Below are positions 38,894 through 48,808 of a DNA stretch of 64,000 nt, piece after piece. A program made the position numbers and the translations under genes. The first letter of the stretch is position 1. Every line of letters starts with the position of its first letter. Origin of the DNA: Minisyncoccota bacterium (lineage in GTDB: Bacteria > Patescibacteriota > Minisyncoccia > Phycocordibacterales > JAGLOS01); the NCBI GenBank assembly GCA_023137615.1, contig JAGLOS010000001.1, forward strand, positions 1,067 to 65,066, given 5' to 3'. The notes beneath the pieces are model-generated. The model was not told the DNA's origin. It was given only the letters and a program-made list of their open reading frames with translations, and did no database searches.

Positions 38894-39016
38894 AGGAAAA
38901 TAAGACTCTTAGCGCGTACTATTACCTATGATACGAGCACAAACAAAATACTCTTGGTAAAAAATACAGAAGCAAAATTTTGGTAAGCCCTTGGTGGTGG
39001 GTGGGAGTATGAGAAA
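38894..39016 (+). pseudogene. NUDIX hydrolase N-terminal remnant
   Basis: KIRLLARTITYD..NKILLVKN...FW*ALGGGWEYE with internal stop, no start codon, truncated at the Nudix box. Confidence 0.6.
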
Positions 39017-39162
39017 GTTAAAGTATATAATTTATATTATCCCCGTTTATTTAAGTTTTTTACTGGTGTTTATATATTTTACATTTATACTTATAAATAA
39101 GACAAAACTGGGGATTTGTTGATTATTAGTTTTTATCAGTTTTAATAATCAATAACTTTAAT

Positions 39163-39957
39163 ATGAAAAATAAAAAAACATTTTCTTTACTAGCTGTTGT
39201 TTCGCTTGGAACTATCGCAACTGTAGCATTTGCAACAGGAGGATATATTCCTCAAAATCCGGTAATAATTACCATAGGAGGAGGGCATACAAACGGGATT
39301 TCTCCAGCAAACACTCCCTTTTCATCTCCAGATCATTCCGCAGCTCTTTATGGTTCTTCTTACGAAGCCCTTGGAGATACATTGGAACAAGTATATGGAG
39401 AAGTTGCTGTAGTAAATACTGCTCAAGCAGCTTCAATGTCTTATCCTGTATTTATTCCAGATGAATCCGGAGCTCTACAACCTACTGGCTGGAAAGGTGC
39501 TCAGTGGCAATTTGAAGAAGGACTTTCACAAAGTGGTTGGTCAGACGGTCTTCATGTTACAGGTCTCTATGTTGCTTTTTTTGGTGATTGCGGTATGTCA
39601 CCATGCACTCCAGAAGCACTTGTACAATACCACTCAACAATGACCGGTGTTGTACAACAAGCACAAGCTATGGGTATTTCAGTTTTGGTGGAAGAATATC
39701 CAGATTATGAAGATATTGATTTTAATCTTCTTAGTGAATTTGCTTTTGGTGGACACGGATATATTGTTCCGGAAGAAGACTACAACCAACTTAAAAATAG
39801 CTGGAAAAATCTATGGGATAATATGGGGGTGCCAACCGTTCATGTTTGGGAAGATTTTGAAACTATAGACGGTTTTCATCCTACACACAAATCAAGCTTG
39901 AAGGGCGCTCGACGTGTTGAGAATGCTTTTAAGAAAAACTATAGCATAGGGTTGTAG
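39163..39957 (+). CDS. secreted SGNH/GDSL-like protein
   Basis: signal peptide; IITIGGGHTNG block I-like, VVNTA..A block II-like, DGFHPT block V. Confidence 0.65.
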   Translation: MKNKKTFSLLAVVSLGTIATVAFATGGYIPQNPVIITIGGGHTNGISPANTPFSSPDHSAALYGSSYEALGDTLEQVYGEVAVVNTAQAASMSYPVFIPDESGALQPTGWKGAQWQFEEGLSQSGWSDGLHVTGLYVAFFGDCGMSPCTPEALVQYHSTMTGVVQQAQAMGISVLVEEYPDYEDIDFNLLSEFAFGGHGYIVPEEDYNQLKNSWKNLWDNMGVPTVHVWEDFETIDGFHPTHKSSLKGARRVENAFKKNYSIGL

Positions 39958-39983
39958 TATTAAAGTATTAACTTTATTTTCTA

Positions 39984-40018
39984 AAAAAAACGGCTCCCAT
40001 TAATGGGAGCCGTTTTTG
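39984..40018. terminator. intrinsic terminator
   Basis: aaaaacggctccc-attaat-gggagccgttttt. Confidence 0.8.
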
Positions 40019-40764
40019 ATTGTTAACGAGTTTTATTAAACAACTTACCCAGCAGGCAAGAGCTTTCGTAGACTTTTGTAAATAGGGACAAAAACAATTG
40101 CAATAACAAACCTTCTGGTTCCGATAAATGAATTGATAACATGGGGAAAAACGGACTTGTCCCCATTTAACCATTTAATATTTAATCCAAAAGTAATTAA
40201 TAAGTAACATTATGAGGTTGATAATTATTAGAAATGAAAAGACAGTTGAAAATGTGAACAAAATTTTTCAAAGTCAAACAAATGGCAGATTGTCAAAAAA
40301 GGGGGCTTTGGTCAAGAGAATTATGTCTCAAAGAAGATCTAGAGCAAAAGATAGTAATACTTGGTGAAACCGAAGCTTCAAATTTGATTGACGTACTGCT
40401 TCGAAACATTCATTATATATTTTTATGGTATCTGATTTGTCAATATATTGTGTTGCGGTTGATAAGAGATGAGTATGCTCACATAAGTTTACACAAAAAA
40501 CCTTAATACCAGAATCTGATCTCAATAAACTACAAACCCTATCACCCCGTTCAATTGAATCTTTTGCTCAAAATCTGCTCAAACTTCGTTCAGGAAACTC
40601 CGCAAATTGAAACTCCCTACACCATAGACACAACTCAGGTTTCTTTTTTTTGTTTAAAAGACAGCGCTTGTGTTTATTCGAATAATATGATAGACAGAGG
40701 GTTAAATTCCGTTTCTTAAAAAACGAGAAACGGATATAGTCCTTTAAAATCAAGGGTGATTTAA

Positions 40765-40944
40765 ATGGAAAAACTAGACAAAGTTGTTGATGATATCGGT
40801 ATTGAAGAAGCTGCGGCGCAAATAGACGCATTCTTCGTTCACCGAGATACACAACAAAAAGAAAGAGCACTACAGCAACACGAGAAGACACTAGCCGAAC
40901 AAAAAGAGTTGAGGAGTAGATGGAAAAACCATCGAAACACATAA
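40765..40944 (+). CDS. small hypothetical protein (59 aa)
   Basis: MEKLDKVVDDIGIEEAAAQIDAFF..; SD-like aagggtg upstream, hairpin plus T tract downstream; below the ORF-track cutoff. Confidence 0.55.
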   Translation: MEKLDKVVDDIGIEEAAAQIDAFFVHRDTQQKERALQQHEKTLAEQKELRSRWKNHRNT

Positions 40945-41178
40945 AGTAAAATATGGGCGGACAATCAAATGTCTCGCCCTATTTTTTTAATATTACTGAA
41001 TAGTAAAAATAGTATTGTGTAAGAGTTGCGAGCAAACTGCTATTTTTACATCATAGAGAAAAAGACAATCCTACAGACAAGACACCTCATAATAACTTCC
41101 ATTTTGCTTGTCTCAAAAAACTATGTTATTATTTTGTATGATAAAGTATGATGAATTTCTAATCCCCTTTTTATAACC

Positions 41179-41979
41179 ATGAACCGCGCCAGAATTACAA
41201 TCACCTTAAAAAAAGAATTGCTTAAACACGTTGATGGACTCATCGACGGAACCAAAATAAAAAATCGCTCCCACGCTATTGAGTCTTTGCTGTCCAAGAA
41301 TTTTGCCGAACGAAAAATAAAAAAGGCGGTTATTTTAGCTGGCGGGAAAGGAGCAAAATTTGAAGGAGAAACAAAAAACGTTTCTCGAGTTTTAACCCCT
41401 TATAAAAACAAACTTTTTATTGAACATATCTTTGACCGACTGGAGAAAGAAGGGATTGAAGAAGTCATTGTTTCCGCCGGCAGTCTGGGAAAAGAGATCA
41501 AGGAAAAGATCGGCAATGGGACTAAATATGGTTTAGCGGTTTCTTATTTAGCAAAAGACGCAGGCACGGCAAGCGTTTTAAAATACCTGGCCAGTATAAT
41601 TGACGAAACATTTTTAATGATCAACGGTAACGTTTTAGCTGACGTCGATTTGAATGAAATGTTTAACTTTCATAAAAAGACTGGCGGGGTTTGCACTATC
41701 GGTATGATCTCCATCAAAGAACCCTCCGCCTTTGGAACAATTAAACTAAAAGGAAATCAAATTATTGACTTTATTGAAAAACCAAAAGCGGGAAAAGAGG
41801 AATCTTACTTAATTAACGCCGGAATTTACATTATGGAACCGGAAATTTGCCAGATCACCACTGCAAATTGTCTGAGTTTGGAAAAAGACCTCTTTCCTTC
41901 TCTGGCAAAAAAAGATAACCTTTTCGGATATTATTTGCAGGGAAAATGGTTTCACTTAGACAGTCTTAATAAATTTTAA
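41179..41979 (+). CDS. ribbon-helix-helix domain fused to a sugar-phosphate nucleotidyltransferase-like domain
   Basis: RITITL...LL..VD......NRSHAIE.LL, then AVILAGGKG, F.EKP, INAGIYI, SLEKDLFP. Confidence 0.85.
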   Translation: MNRARITITLKKELLKHVDGLIDGTKIKNRSHAIESLLSKNFAERKIKKAVILAGGKGAKFEGETKNVSRVLTPYKNKLFIEHIFDRLEKEGIEEVIVSAGSLGKEIKEKIGNGTKYGLAVSYLAKDAGTASVLKYLASIIDETFLMINGNVLADVDLNEMFNFHKKTGGVCTIGMISIKEPSAFGTIKLKGNQIIDFIEKPKAGKEESYLINAGIYIMEPEICQITTANCLSLEKDLFPSLAKKDNLFGYYLQGKWFHLDSLNKF

Positions 41980-41991
41980 CTTTACGCTTGG

Positions 41992-43077
41992 ATGAAATTC
42001 CTAATTATGGCAGGTGGTAAAGGAACACGGCTTTGGCCGGTTTCCAGAACCAAAAAACCGAAACAATTCCAAAAGTTGATCAGCGACAAAACTATGTTGC
42101 AAGAAACCGTCAATCGTCTATTGCCTGATTTTTCTTTGAAAGATATCTATATCGCCACCAATGGATCTTATGCCAAAGAGGTTAAAAAAGAGCTGCCCAA
42201 ATTGCCGGCAGGCAATATCATCAAGGAGCCGTCATTTAGAGAAAGAGCTTCTTGCGTCGCTTTGGCGGCAGCCATTTTTAGCAAAGATGATCCTAATGAG
42301 ACAATGGTTGTTTTTCCTTCCGATCATTTTATTAAAGACAAGAAAAAGCTTCAGCATATTTTAATTGAAGGAGAAAAATTTCTCAATGAAAATCCTGACC
42401 ACTTAATTACTGTCGGGGTTAAACCAACAGGCCCTGAGACTGGTTACGGCTACATTCAACATCAAATAGACCCTTTTAAAAGCACAAATCCAAAAAACGA
42501 TCTGGATTTTTTTCAAGTTAAAAAGTTTATTGAAAAACCGGATCTAAAAACAGCTAAAAAATATTGTGGGCAAGAAAATTTTTTGTGGAATACCAGTATC
42601 TATTTATGGAAAACTTCGGCGATCATTGATAGATTCAAGAAATTTATTCCCGATACTTATGAGCGCCTCTGCAGAATTAAAAAAACGGTCGGTACTCCCC
42701 TCTTTCAAAAAATGCTCAGCGAAGAATATCCTTTAATGGATATGGTCTCCATGGAATATGGAATATTGGAAAATGACACCAAAACAGTCGCTATCTCAAC
42801 AGATCTGGAGTGGTCCGATATTGGCAGTTGGTCAGTATTGAAAGACTCTTTAAACAATTCAGGACATGAGCATCTTGTCAAAGGCGAACATTTGGATATC
42901 GGTTCTAAAAATTTACTTGTTTACGGTTCAAAAAAATTAATCGCCACTGTCGGACTAAAAGATCTGATCATTATTGATACCGATGATGTCATCTTGGTTT
43001 GCGGCAAAGATGACAGTCAACTTGTTAAAGTTATTGTAGATAAACTGGAAAAAAATAAAAATATAAAATTATTGTAA
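41992..43077 (+). CDS. manC: mannose-1-phosphate guanylyltransferase
   Basis: MAGGKGTRLWPVSR..PKQF, PSDH, PETGYGYI, FIEKP, WSDIGSW. Confidence 0.92.
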   Translation: MKFLIMAGGKGTRLWPVSRTKKPKQFQKLISDKTMLQETVNRLLPDFSLKDIYIATNGSYAKEVKKELPKLPAGNIIKEPSFRERASCVALAAAIFSKDDPNETMVVFPSDHFIKDKKKLQHILIEGEKFLNENPDHLITVGVKPTGPETGYGYIQHQIDPFKSTNPKNDLDFFQVKKFIEKPDLKTAKKYCGQENFLWNTSIYLWKTSAIIDRFKKFIPDTYERLCRIKKTVGTPLFQKMLSEEYPLMDMVSMEYGILENDTKTVAISTDLEWSDIGSWSVLKDSLNNSGHEHLVKGEHLDIGSKNLLVYGSKKLIATVGLKDLIIIDTDDVILVCGKDDSQLVKVIVDKLEKNKNIKLL

Positions 43078-43103
43078 TTTAATAATCTATCATTGAGACA
43101 ATT

Positions 43104-44015
43104 ATGAAATATTTAGTTACGGGCGGAGCCGGATTTATCGGTTCAAATATGGTTCACGATTTGGTTGGCGAGGGGCACGAAATTATTGTAGTTGATAATC
43201 TCTCAACCGGAAGCTTGGGAAATCTTGCGGAAGTAAAAAATAAAATAAAATTTATTGAAGCGCCGTGCATGGATGTTTTGGAGTTGGATGAACTTGATGG
43301 TCTGGATGGAATTTATCATTATGGTATCCCTTCCACAACAAAACTCTACCACGATAACCGTCTGCTAATCGGCGAAGCAATTAATGAATTCACTAAAATT
43401 TTAGAACTAACAAAAAGGGAAAATTGTAAATTGATCTATGCTTCATCTTCCTCTGTTTATAACGGCAATAAATCACCGTTTAAAGAAAATATGCCAGTGT
43501 TAGTCAAAGACTTCTATACCGAAGCTCGCTATCTGATGGAGCGGATGGCAAAACTTTATTATGATCTTTATAAAGTCAGATCTATCGGCTTTAGATTTTT
43601 CAGTGTTTATGGACCACGTGAAGAAGCTAAAAAAACATTTGCCAATTTGGTTTCACAATTTTTGTGGGATCTAAAAGCAGAAAAACAGCCGCTTATTTAC
43701 GGCGACGGTTCGCAAACCCGCGATTTCACTTATGTAGATGACATCAATCGAGGTTTTAGATTGGGAATGAGATCTGAATATGATCTTGATATTTTTAATC
43801 TCGGCACGGGAAAATGTTACAGCTTAAATGAATTGGTCAACACACTCAACAAAATTCTCGGCACAGACATTGAACCAACTTATCAAAAAAATCTTCTCCA
43901 AAATTACGTCCAAGGAACATTGGCTGACACTTCCAAAGCAAAAGAAAAACTTTGTTTCAAAACAGAGGTTTCTCTTAAAAAAGGAATCGAAAAAGTCCTT
44001 AATTGTTCTGAATGA
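43104..44015 (+). CDS. NAD-dependent epimerase/dehydratase
   Basis: VTGGAGFIGS, YASSSSVY, YTEAR (YxxxR), RFFSVYGP, GDGSQTRDF. Confidence 0.92.
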   Translation: MKYLVTGGAGFIGSNMVHDLVGEGHEIIVVDNLSTGSLGNLAEVKNKIKFIEAPCMDVLELDELDGLDGIYHYGIPSTTKLYHDNRLLIGEAINEFTKILELTKRENCKLIYASSSSVYNGNKSPFKENMPVLVKDFYTEARYLMERMAKLYYDLYKVRSIGFRFFSVYGPREEAKKTFANLVSQFLWDLKAEKQPLIYGDGSQTRDFTYVDDINRGFRLGMRSEYDLDIFNLGTGKCYSLNELVNTLNKILGTDIEPTYQKNLLQNYVQGTLADTSKAKEKLCFKTEVSLKKGIEKVLNCSE

Positions 44016-44061
44016 TCCGTCTCTTTTTTTTGTAATACGTTTTTCTAACTAAAATTCATAT

Positions 44062-45306
44062 CTACACCAACACCCCATATAACACATCGTTGCTCTTAAC
44101 ATGTTTATAGTGTATATCGAGTTTGTTCATGCGAGTTAGAAGTGGCTGTAGATCGCTTTTTTTAGAAAGCTCGATACCCACGAGCGCGGGACCTTTTTCT
44201 TTGTTCGTTTTTTTGATGTACTCGAAGCGTACAATATCATCTGTGGAACCAAGGGCTTTGTTTAGAAATGTTTTTAATTCGCCCGGTTTTTGGAAAAATT
44301 CGACAATAAAATAATGCTTGAGCCCTTGATACACTAAACTTTTTTCAACGATCTCAGGATATCGAGAAATATCATTATTCCCTCCCGAAAGCACACACAC
44401 CACCATCTTCCCTTTAATGAGATCTTTATACCACTCGAGCGCCGTGATCGAAAGAGCTCCCGCCGGCTCTGCAATAATACCGTCCTTTTGATATAACTCG
44501 ATCATCGTCATACACACTTGTCCTTCCGGTACTGTCACAATATCATCAAGTACCTGCTTTGCAATTTTGAATGTCTTCGCGCCCACCTTTCTCACCGCCG
44601 CCCCATCAACGAACGTATCAAGTTTTTCAAGCTCGGTTACTTTACCTTTATTCAAAGAACACACCATACCGGCCGCCCCCTCCGGCTCCACACCCAACAT
44701 TTTTGTCGAGGGACTCTCCGACTTAAAATAGGTTCCCACACCTGAAACAAGTCCGCCGCCGCCAATTGGCAACACCACATATTCAACCTTGGGCAACTCT
44801 TCCAATATTTCTATCCCGATCGTACCTTGTCCAGCCATTGTACGATAATCATCGAATGGATGTACATACACTGCTTTTTTCTTTTTGGCATATGTAAGTG
44901 CCTCTATATTACTCTCATCGAAAGTCTTGCCAACAAGCATGATCTTTACATATCCACCACCAAAACTTTGGACTTTGTCGACCTTCTGTCTCGGCGTTGT
45001 CTCCGGCATAAAAACTACGCCTTTTATCTTTAATTTGCAGCAACTAAAAGCTACCCCTTGTCCGTGATTCCCCGCGCTTGCGCAAACTACGCCGCGTTTA
45101 CATTCCTCTTTGCCTAGAGAACTCAAAAAATTATACGCACCGCGTATCTTGTATGATCGCACCGGCTGTAAATCTTCACGTTTGATATATATATTTGCTT
45201 TGTACTGTTTTGAAAGTCGCTGTGAATATTCAAGTGGCGTACGCTTCACAACTCCTTCAATCCTCTCTTTTGCATGAAGTATGTCTTTCGTTTTTAAAGG
45301 GTTCAT
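44062..45306 (-). CDS. ilvA: threonine ammonia-lyase, biosynthetic short form
   Basis: KREDLQPVRSYKIRGA, ASAGNH.QG, HPFDD, GGGGL, EPAGAL, SGGNND, one C-terminal regulatory domain. Confidence 0.95.
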   Translation of the reverse strand: MNPLKTKDILHAKERIEGVVKRTPLEYSQRLSKQYKANIYIKREDLQPVRSYKIRGAYNFLSSLGKEECKRGVVCASAGNHGQGVAFSCCKLKIKGVVFMPETTPRQKVDKVQSFGGGYVKIMLVGKTFDESNIEALTYAKKKKAVYVHPFDDYRTMAGQGTIGIEILEELPKVEYVVLPIGGGGLVSGVGTYFKSESPSTKMLGVEPEGAAGMVCSLNKGKVTELEKLDTFVDGAAVRKVGAKTFKIAKQVLDDIVTVPEGQVCMTMIELYQKDGIIAEPAGALSITALEWYKDLIKGKMVVCVLSGGNNDISRYPEIVEKSLVYQGLKHYFIVEFFQKPGELKTFLNKALGSTDDIVRFEYIKKTNKEKGPALVGIELSKKSDLQPLLTRMNKLDIHYKHVKSNDVLYGVLV

Positions 45307-45339
45307 AGTTATTGGTTATTATCTTATAAAGGTTAAGTT

Positions 45340-45726
45340 TTAGGAAATATGTGCAATACACGAAATTTCGATCAAAGCACCCTTGGGAAGTGCCGACACT
45401 TCGATCGTTTGTCGTACCGGTTTTACCTCCGCTTCACCAAGCCATGTCTCATAAATTTTATTTACCAAACTGAATTGACCGATGTTTGTCATAAAAATAT
45501 CAACTCGAACAACATCATCCACTGTCACGCCTGCGACCTCAAGTACTTGTGAGAGATTTTCAAACACCTGTTTCACCTCTTCTTCAAGTGATCCATTATT
45601 AAGTTCCCCTGTTTTTGGGTCAAGCGCGATCTGCCCGGAGAGATATAGTACATCCTCTACTTTTACCGCCTGCGAGTACGGCCCTACCGGCTCCGGCGCG
45701 TTTTTTGTATAAATTTCTTCTTTCAT
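45340..45726 (-). CDS. ridA: RidA family reactive-intermediate deaminase
   Basis: AP.PVGPYSQAV, LSGQIALDP, P.R...V..LPKGALIEI. Confidence 0.93.
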   Translation of the reverse strand: MKEEIYTKNAPEPVGPYSQAVKVEDVLYLSGQIALDPKTGELNNGSLEEEVKQVFENLSQVLEVAGVTVDDVVRVDIFMTNIGQFSLVNKIYETWLGEAEVKPVRQTIEVSALPKGALIEISCIAHIS

Positions 45727-45758
45727 GTTATTTAATATTAATTATTAATAACGTACGT

Positions 45759-45787
45759 CAAACAAAAACCCGGCTGTTAGCCGAGTT
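45759..45787 (-). terminator. attenuator terminator
   Basis: aactcggct-aac-agccgggtt followed by tttgttt on the minus strand. Confidence 0.8.
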
Positions 45788-45817
45788 ATTTGAACGTCTC
45801 ATTTTTGCAACACTCAA

Positions 45818-45883
45818 TCATACCCGGCACCTTCCAAGTCCCATAATAATAGTAATGATAATGTTGTTGCCCTGTAATTTCAT
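45818..45883 (-). promoter_or_regulatory. Ile-rich leader peptide of an attenuator (MKLQGNNIIITIIMGLGRCRV)
   Basis: 5 Ile within 6 codons; the leader's gccgggt duplicates the terminator 3' arm (antiterminator). Confidence 0.8.
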
Positions 45884-46002
45884 ATTACTTTTTGATAATA
45901 CTCTTATTACACTTAACGTGCAAGAGTAAAATTTTGTACACTTTTAGCGTGTATATTACCGAAAGAGATGTTAAAATATAAACACTCAACTATATATATT
46001 CC

Positions 46003-47784
46003 ATGAGCTTCTTAAAACAAACACAGGAAAAAGGTAGCGCGATCATTCTTGTCGTCGTACTGGTTCTTTCGATCTCTACCATTATGGTTGTTAATGTGGG
46101 TAACAGCACTGCAACAGAAACACGTATCGTGCGTGAAGTTATAAACTCTCGCGCAAGTTATTATTTGGCAGAGAGCGGTATTGAGGATATTTTTATCCAG
46201 ATCAAAAATGGCATATCAGTATCTGATGGAACCCATAGCACCCTTCTTAACGGCACAACAGCAGAAACAACCGTTACCTCAGCAGGAAACAACAAAACAC
46301 TCACTTCGGAAGGCGTGACTGATGATCTTTACAGGAAAGCAACCCTCAGTATCGACACCTCCGTCAGTAGTGGAGCAACGATCGCCTATTCTTTAGCGTC
46401 ACAGAACGGAAGTATGTCTGTGGGTACGGGAGGAGACATTACCGGAGATATTTACACAAAAGATGATCTTGTCTTCTCGACCGATGTCACTATAAATGGA
46501 GACGTGTTTACTGAAGGCGCCTTTTCCGGCGGATGTAGTTCTGATGTTTTTGGGAATGTGCATGCGATCGGCGATGCCGGTTTTTCAACAGCAACGACCG
46601 TGCATGGCGACATGCATACCGGCGGAAAAATGACTCTGGGGACAGGAGGACAAATAAACGGCGATGTGTATGCTCAATCTCTTTCTGATCTTAGCACTGC
46701 TGCAGATGTAACAGGTAACATTTATGTACAAACAGGCGGTTTAACTCTCGGCAGCGGTACTGTTGTACAACAAGGTATTTATGTAGGAGGCGATACTATC
46801 TTAAATACTGATGTACAGATAGGAACTGAAATATACGCAGACGGTACTCTCACTACAGGAACAGGAGCAAAGATAACAGGTGATATATACGCAACACAAG
46901 ACATTGTTATCGGAACAGGTAATGATATATCAGGCACAATAAAAGGAGAAACGACACTCGACATAGGGACTGGGAGTATAATAAATGGTGACGTACATAT
47001 AAACGGAAATATCTCGCTTGGCACATCAGCAATTATAGATGGCGATGTTTATACCGACGGAACTATAACAATAGGGCTTGGTAGCAACATTACCGGTAAC
47101 ACATATCCTGCAGGATCCATTACCCCGCCGATCACATCTATCCCGGCACCGGAAACTACTTTTAGTGTTCCGGCTGACCCTTTTGCAAGTGAGATCGCAA
47201 CATGGAAATCAGAAGCGGAAGCCGGCGGAATAGCAACGTGTAGTTTTGGAAAATACCAAATTGATCTATTCTCGGGTCCACAAACCATTGGTCCGCTTAA
47301 GATTCCTTGCGATCTTGAAGTATTCGGATCATCCAACGATCTTACTCTCAAGGGTCCTGTTTGGGTTACGGGAGAGGTCGATCTCGAAACTTCTGTAAAA
47401 ACACATATTTCACCGTCTCTTGGCAACAAAAGCGCCCCGATCATAAGTGGCGGACAAATTAAAGTCGGCACCGGGGCAAACTTTACCGGCTCAGGTGATT
47501 CAAGTTCTTTTGTTATTCTCGCGACAGAATCTGGCGGCGCGTCGCCAGCAGACATTTCCCTTCTTACTTCCGTTACAGGTGATGTAATCCTTTATGCGCC
47601 AAATGGGAAAATACAAGCCGGCACCGGTTTAGATATTCATGGAACAACATATGGCAATACCGACATCGTCGCAGGGACAGCTGCTATCATCAAGGCAATA
47701 CCGGCAGACTTGCAAAATATAATAACAACGACAACGGGTGGAGGTACCACTATCGTTTCTCAAACGTGGAAAGAGACTGAGTAA
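46003..47784 (+). CDS. PilX-like minor pilin with beta-solenoid (bactofilin-like) repeats
   Basis: KG|SAIILVVV N-terminus, SYYLAESGIED, about 18-aa G(D/N)(I/V)Y...L.LGTG repeats. Confidence 0.75.
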   Translation: MSFLKQTQEKGSAIILVVVLVLSISTIMVVNVGNSTATETRIVREVINSRASYYLAESGIEDIFIQIKNGISVSDGTHSTLLNGTTAETTVTSAGNNKTLTSEGVTDDLYRKATLSIDTSVSSGATIAYSLASQNGSMSVGTGGDITGDIYTKDDLVFSTDVTINGDVFTEGAFSGGCSSDVFGNVHAIGDAGFSTATTVHGDMHTGGKMTLGTGGQINGDVYAQSLSDLSTAADVTGNIYVQTGGLTLGSGTVVQQGIYVGGDTILNTDVQIGTEIYADGTLTTGTGAKITGDIYATQDIVIGTGNDISGTIKGETTLDIGTGSIINGDVHINGNISLGTSAIIDGDVYTDGTITIGLGSNITGNTYPAGSITPPITSIPAPETTFSVPADPFASEIATWKSEAEAGGIATCSFGKYQIDLFSGPQTIGPLKIPCDLEVFGSSNDLTLKGPVWVTGEVDLETSVKTHISPSLGNKSAPIISGGQIKVGTGANFTGSGDSSSFVILATESGGASPADISLLTSVTGDVILYAPNGKIQAGTGLDIHGTTYGNTDIVAGTAAIIKAIPADLQNIITTTTGGGTTIVSQTWKETE

Positions 47785-47801
47785 TATATTACATTTGCCA
47801 T

Positions 47802-48275
47802 ATGAACACTCTTACATCTCATATCTCATATAAAAAAGGTTTTACGTTGGTTGAGCTTCTTGTTACTATCACCATTGTTCTTGTTCTTTTAGCTATTTCC
47901 GTATCAGCATTCATAAACACGCGCGAAGTGCGAGCCCTTGAAAAAGAAGTTGATACTGTCGCTCATTTACTCGAAGAAACTCGCTCTCTCACTCTTGCAT
48001 CCAAAAACGATACCTACTATGGTGTCAATATCGATACGACAAATAATACTGTCACAATTATCATCGCGGGAGATACAAACAATATCTATAGAGAAGTAGT
48101 ATTGGATAACTACGTAACAATATCTGAGATCAATAGCGCTTCGCCCACCACAAATTTCGAGCGTCTCACTGGAAAAGTAAGCGTCTCCGGTGATATTATT
48201 ATCAGTCTTACATCCGACCCAACACAAACAAAAACTATTATTCTTCATCCAACGGGACTTGTTGATGTACAATAA
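47802..48275 (+). CDS. type IV prepilin (FimT/GspH-like)
   Basis: KKG|FTLVELLV N-methylation motif. Confidence 0.88.
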   Translation: MNTLTSHISYKKGFTLVELLVTITIVLVLLAISVSAFINTREVRALEKEVDTVAHLLEETRSLTLASKNDTYYGVNIDTTNNTVTIIIAGDTNNIYREVVLDNYVTISEINSASPTTNFERLTGKVSVSGDIIISLTSDPTQTKTIILHPTGLVDVQ

Positions 48276-48286
48276 AAAAACAATGT

Positions 48287-48802
48287 ATGAAATATAAAAA
48301 TACTCAACAAGGTTTTTCGATCGTAGAGGCAATGGTAGGAATTTCTGTCTTGGCATTTTTCCTCATTACTATTATCGGATCTTTTATTCTTTTTATAAAG
48401 ACAACCGCAGATAATACGCAACGAATACAGGCAGTGTATCTTTTGGAAGAAGGCATGGAGAGTATCCGCTTTGAGCGTGATGAAAATTGGAATAATATTA
48501 GCTTACTCAATACTGCGAATACCTACGTCCTTAATATCACTTCAAGCAACATAACACTACCCATACAAGGCGGTGTGAATACGGGAGAAATAATACTTGA
48601 TGATACGGTCTTTACCAGAAAATTCACAGTAGAGGATGTATGCCGTCACAATGGAACCAATGAGATCATGGATGTATGCTCCTTCCCAACCTATACTGAT
48701 TCGAACATACGAAGAATACATATGAGTGTTGAATGGACACCCAGAGATGGCATCGGAGTATATACACAGACACTTGAAGGATACATTGCAAATATTTTTT
48801 AA
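48287..48802 (+). CDS. type IV prepilin (PilV-like)
   Basis: QG|FSIVEAMV, QAVYLLEEGMESIR. Confidence 0.85.
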   Translation: MKYKNTQQGFSIVEAMVGISVLAFFLITIIGSFILFIKTTADNTQRIQAVYLLEEGMESIRFERDENWNNISLLNTANTYVLNITSSNITLPIQGGVNTGEIILDDTVFTRKFTVEDVCRHNGTNEIMDVCSFPTYTDSNIRRIHMSVEWTPRDGIGVYTQTLEGYIANIF

Positions 48803-48808
48803 AAAATC

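Noticed and set aside
39974-40525. Short ORFs (66, 74 and 65 aa)
   Set aside because: No motifs; one runs through a terminator; cannot be supported as genes.
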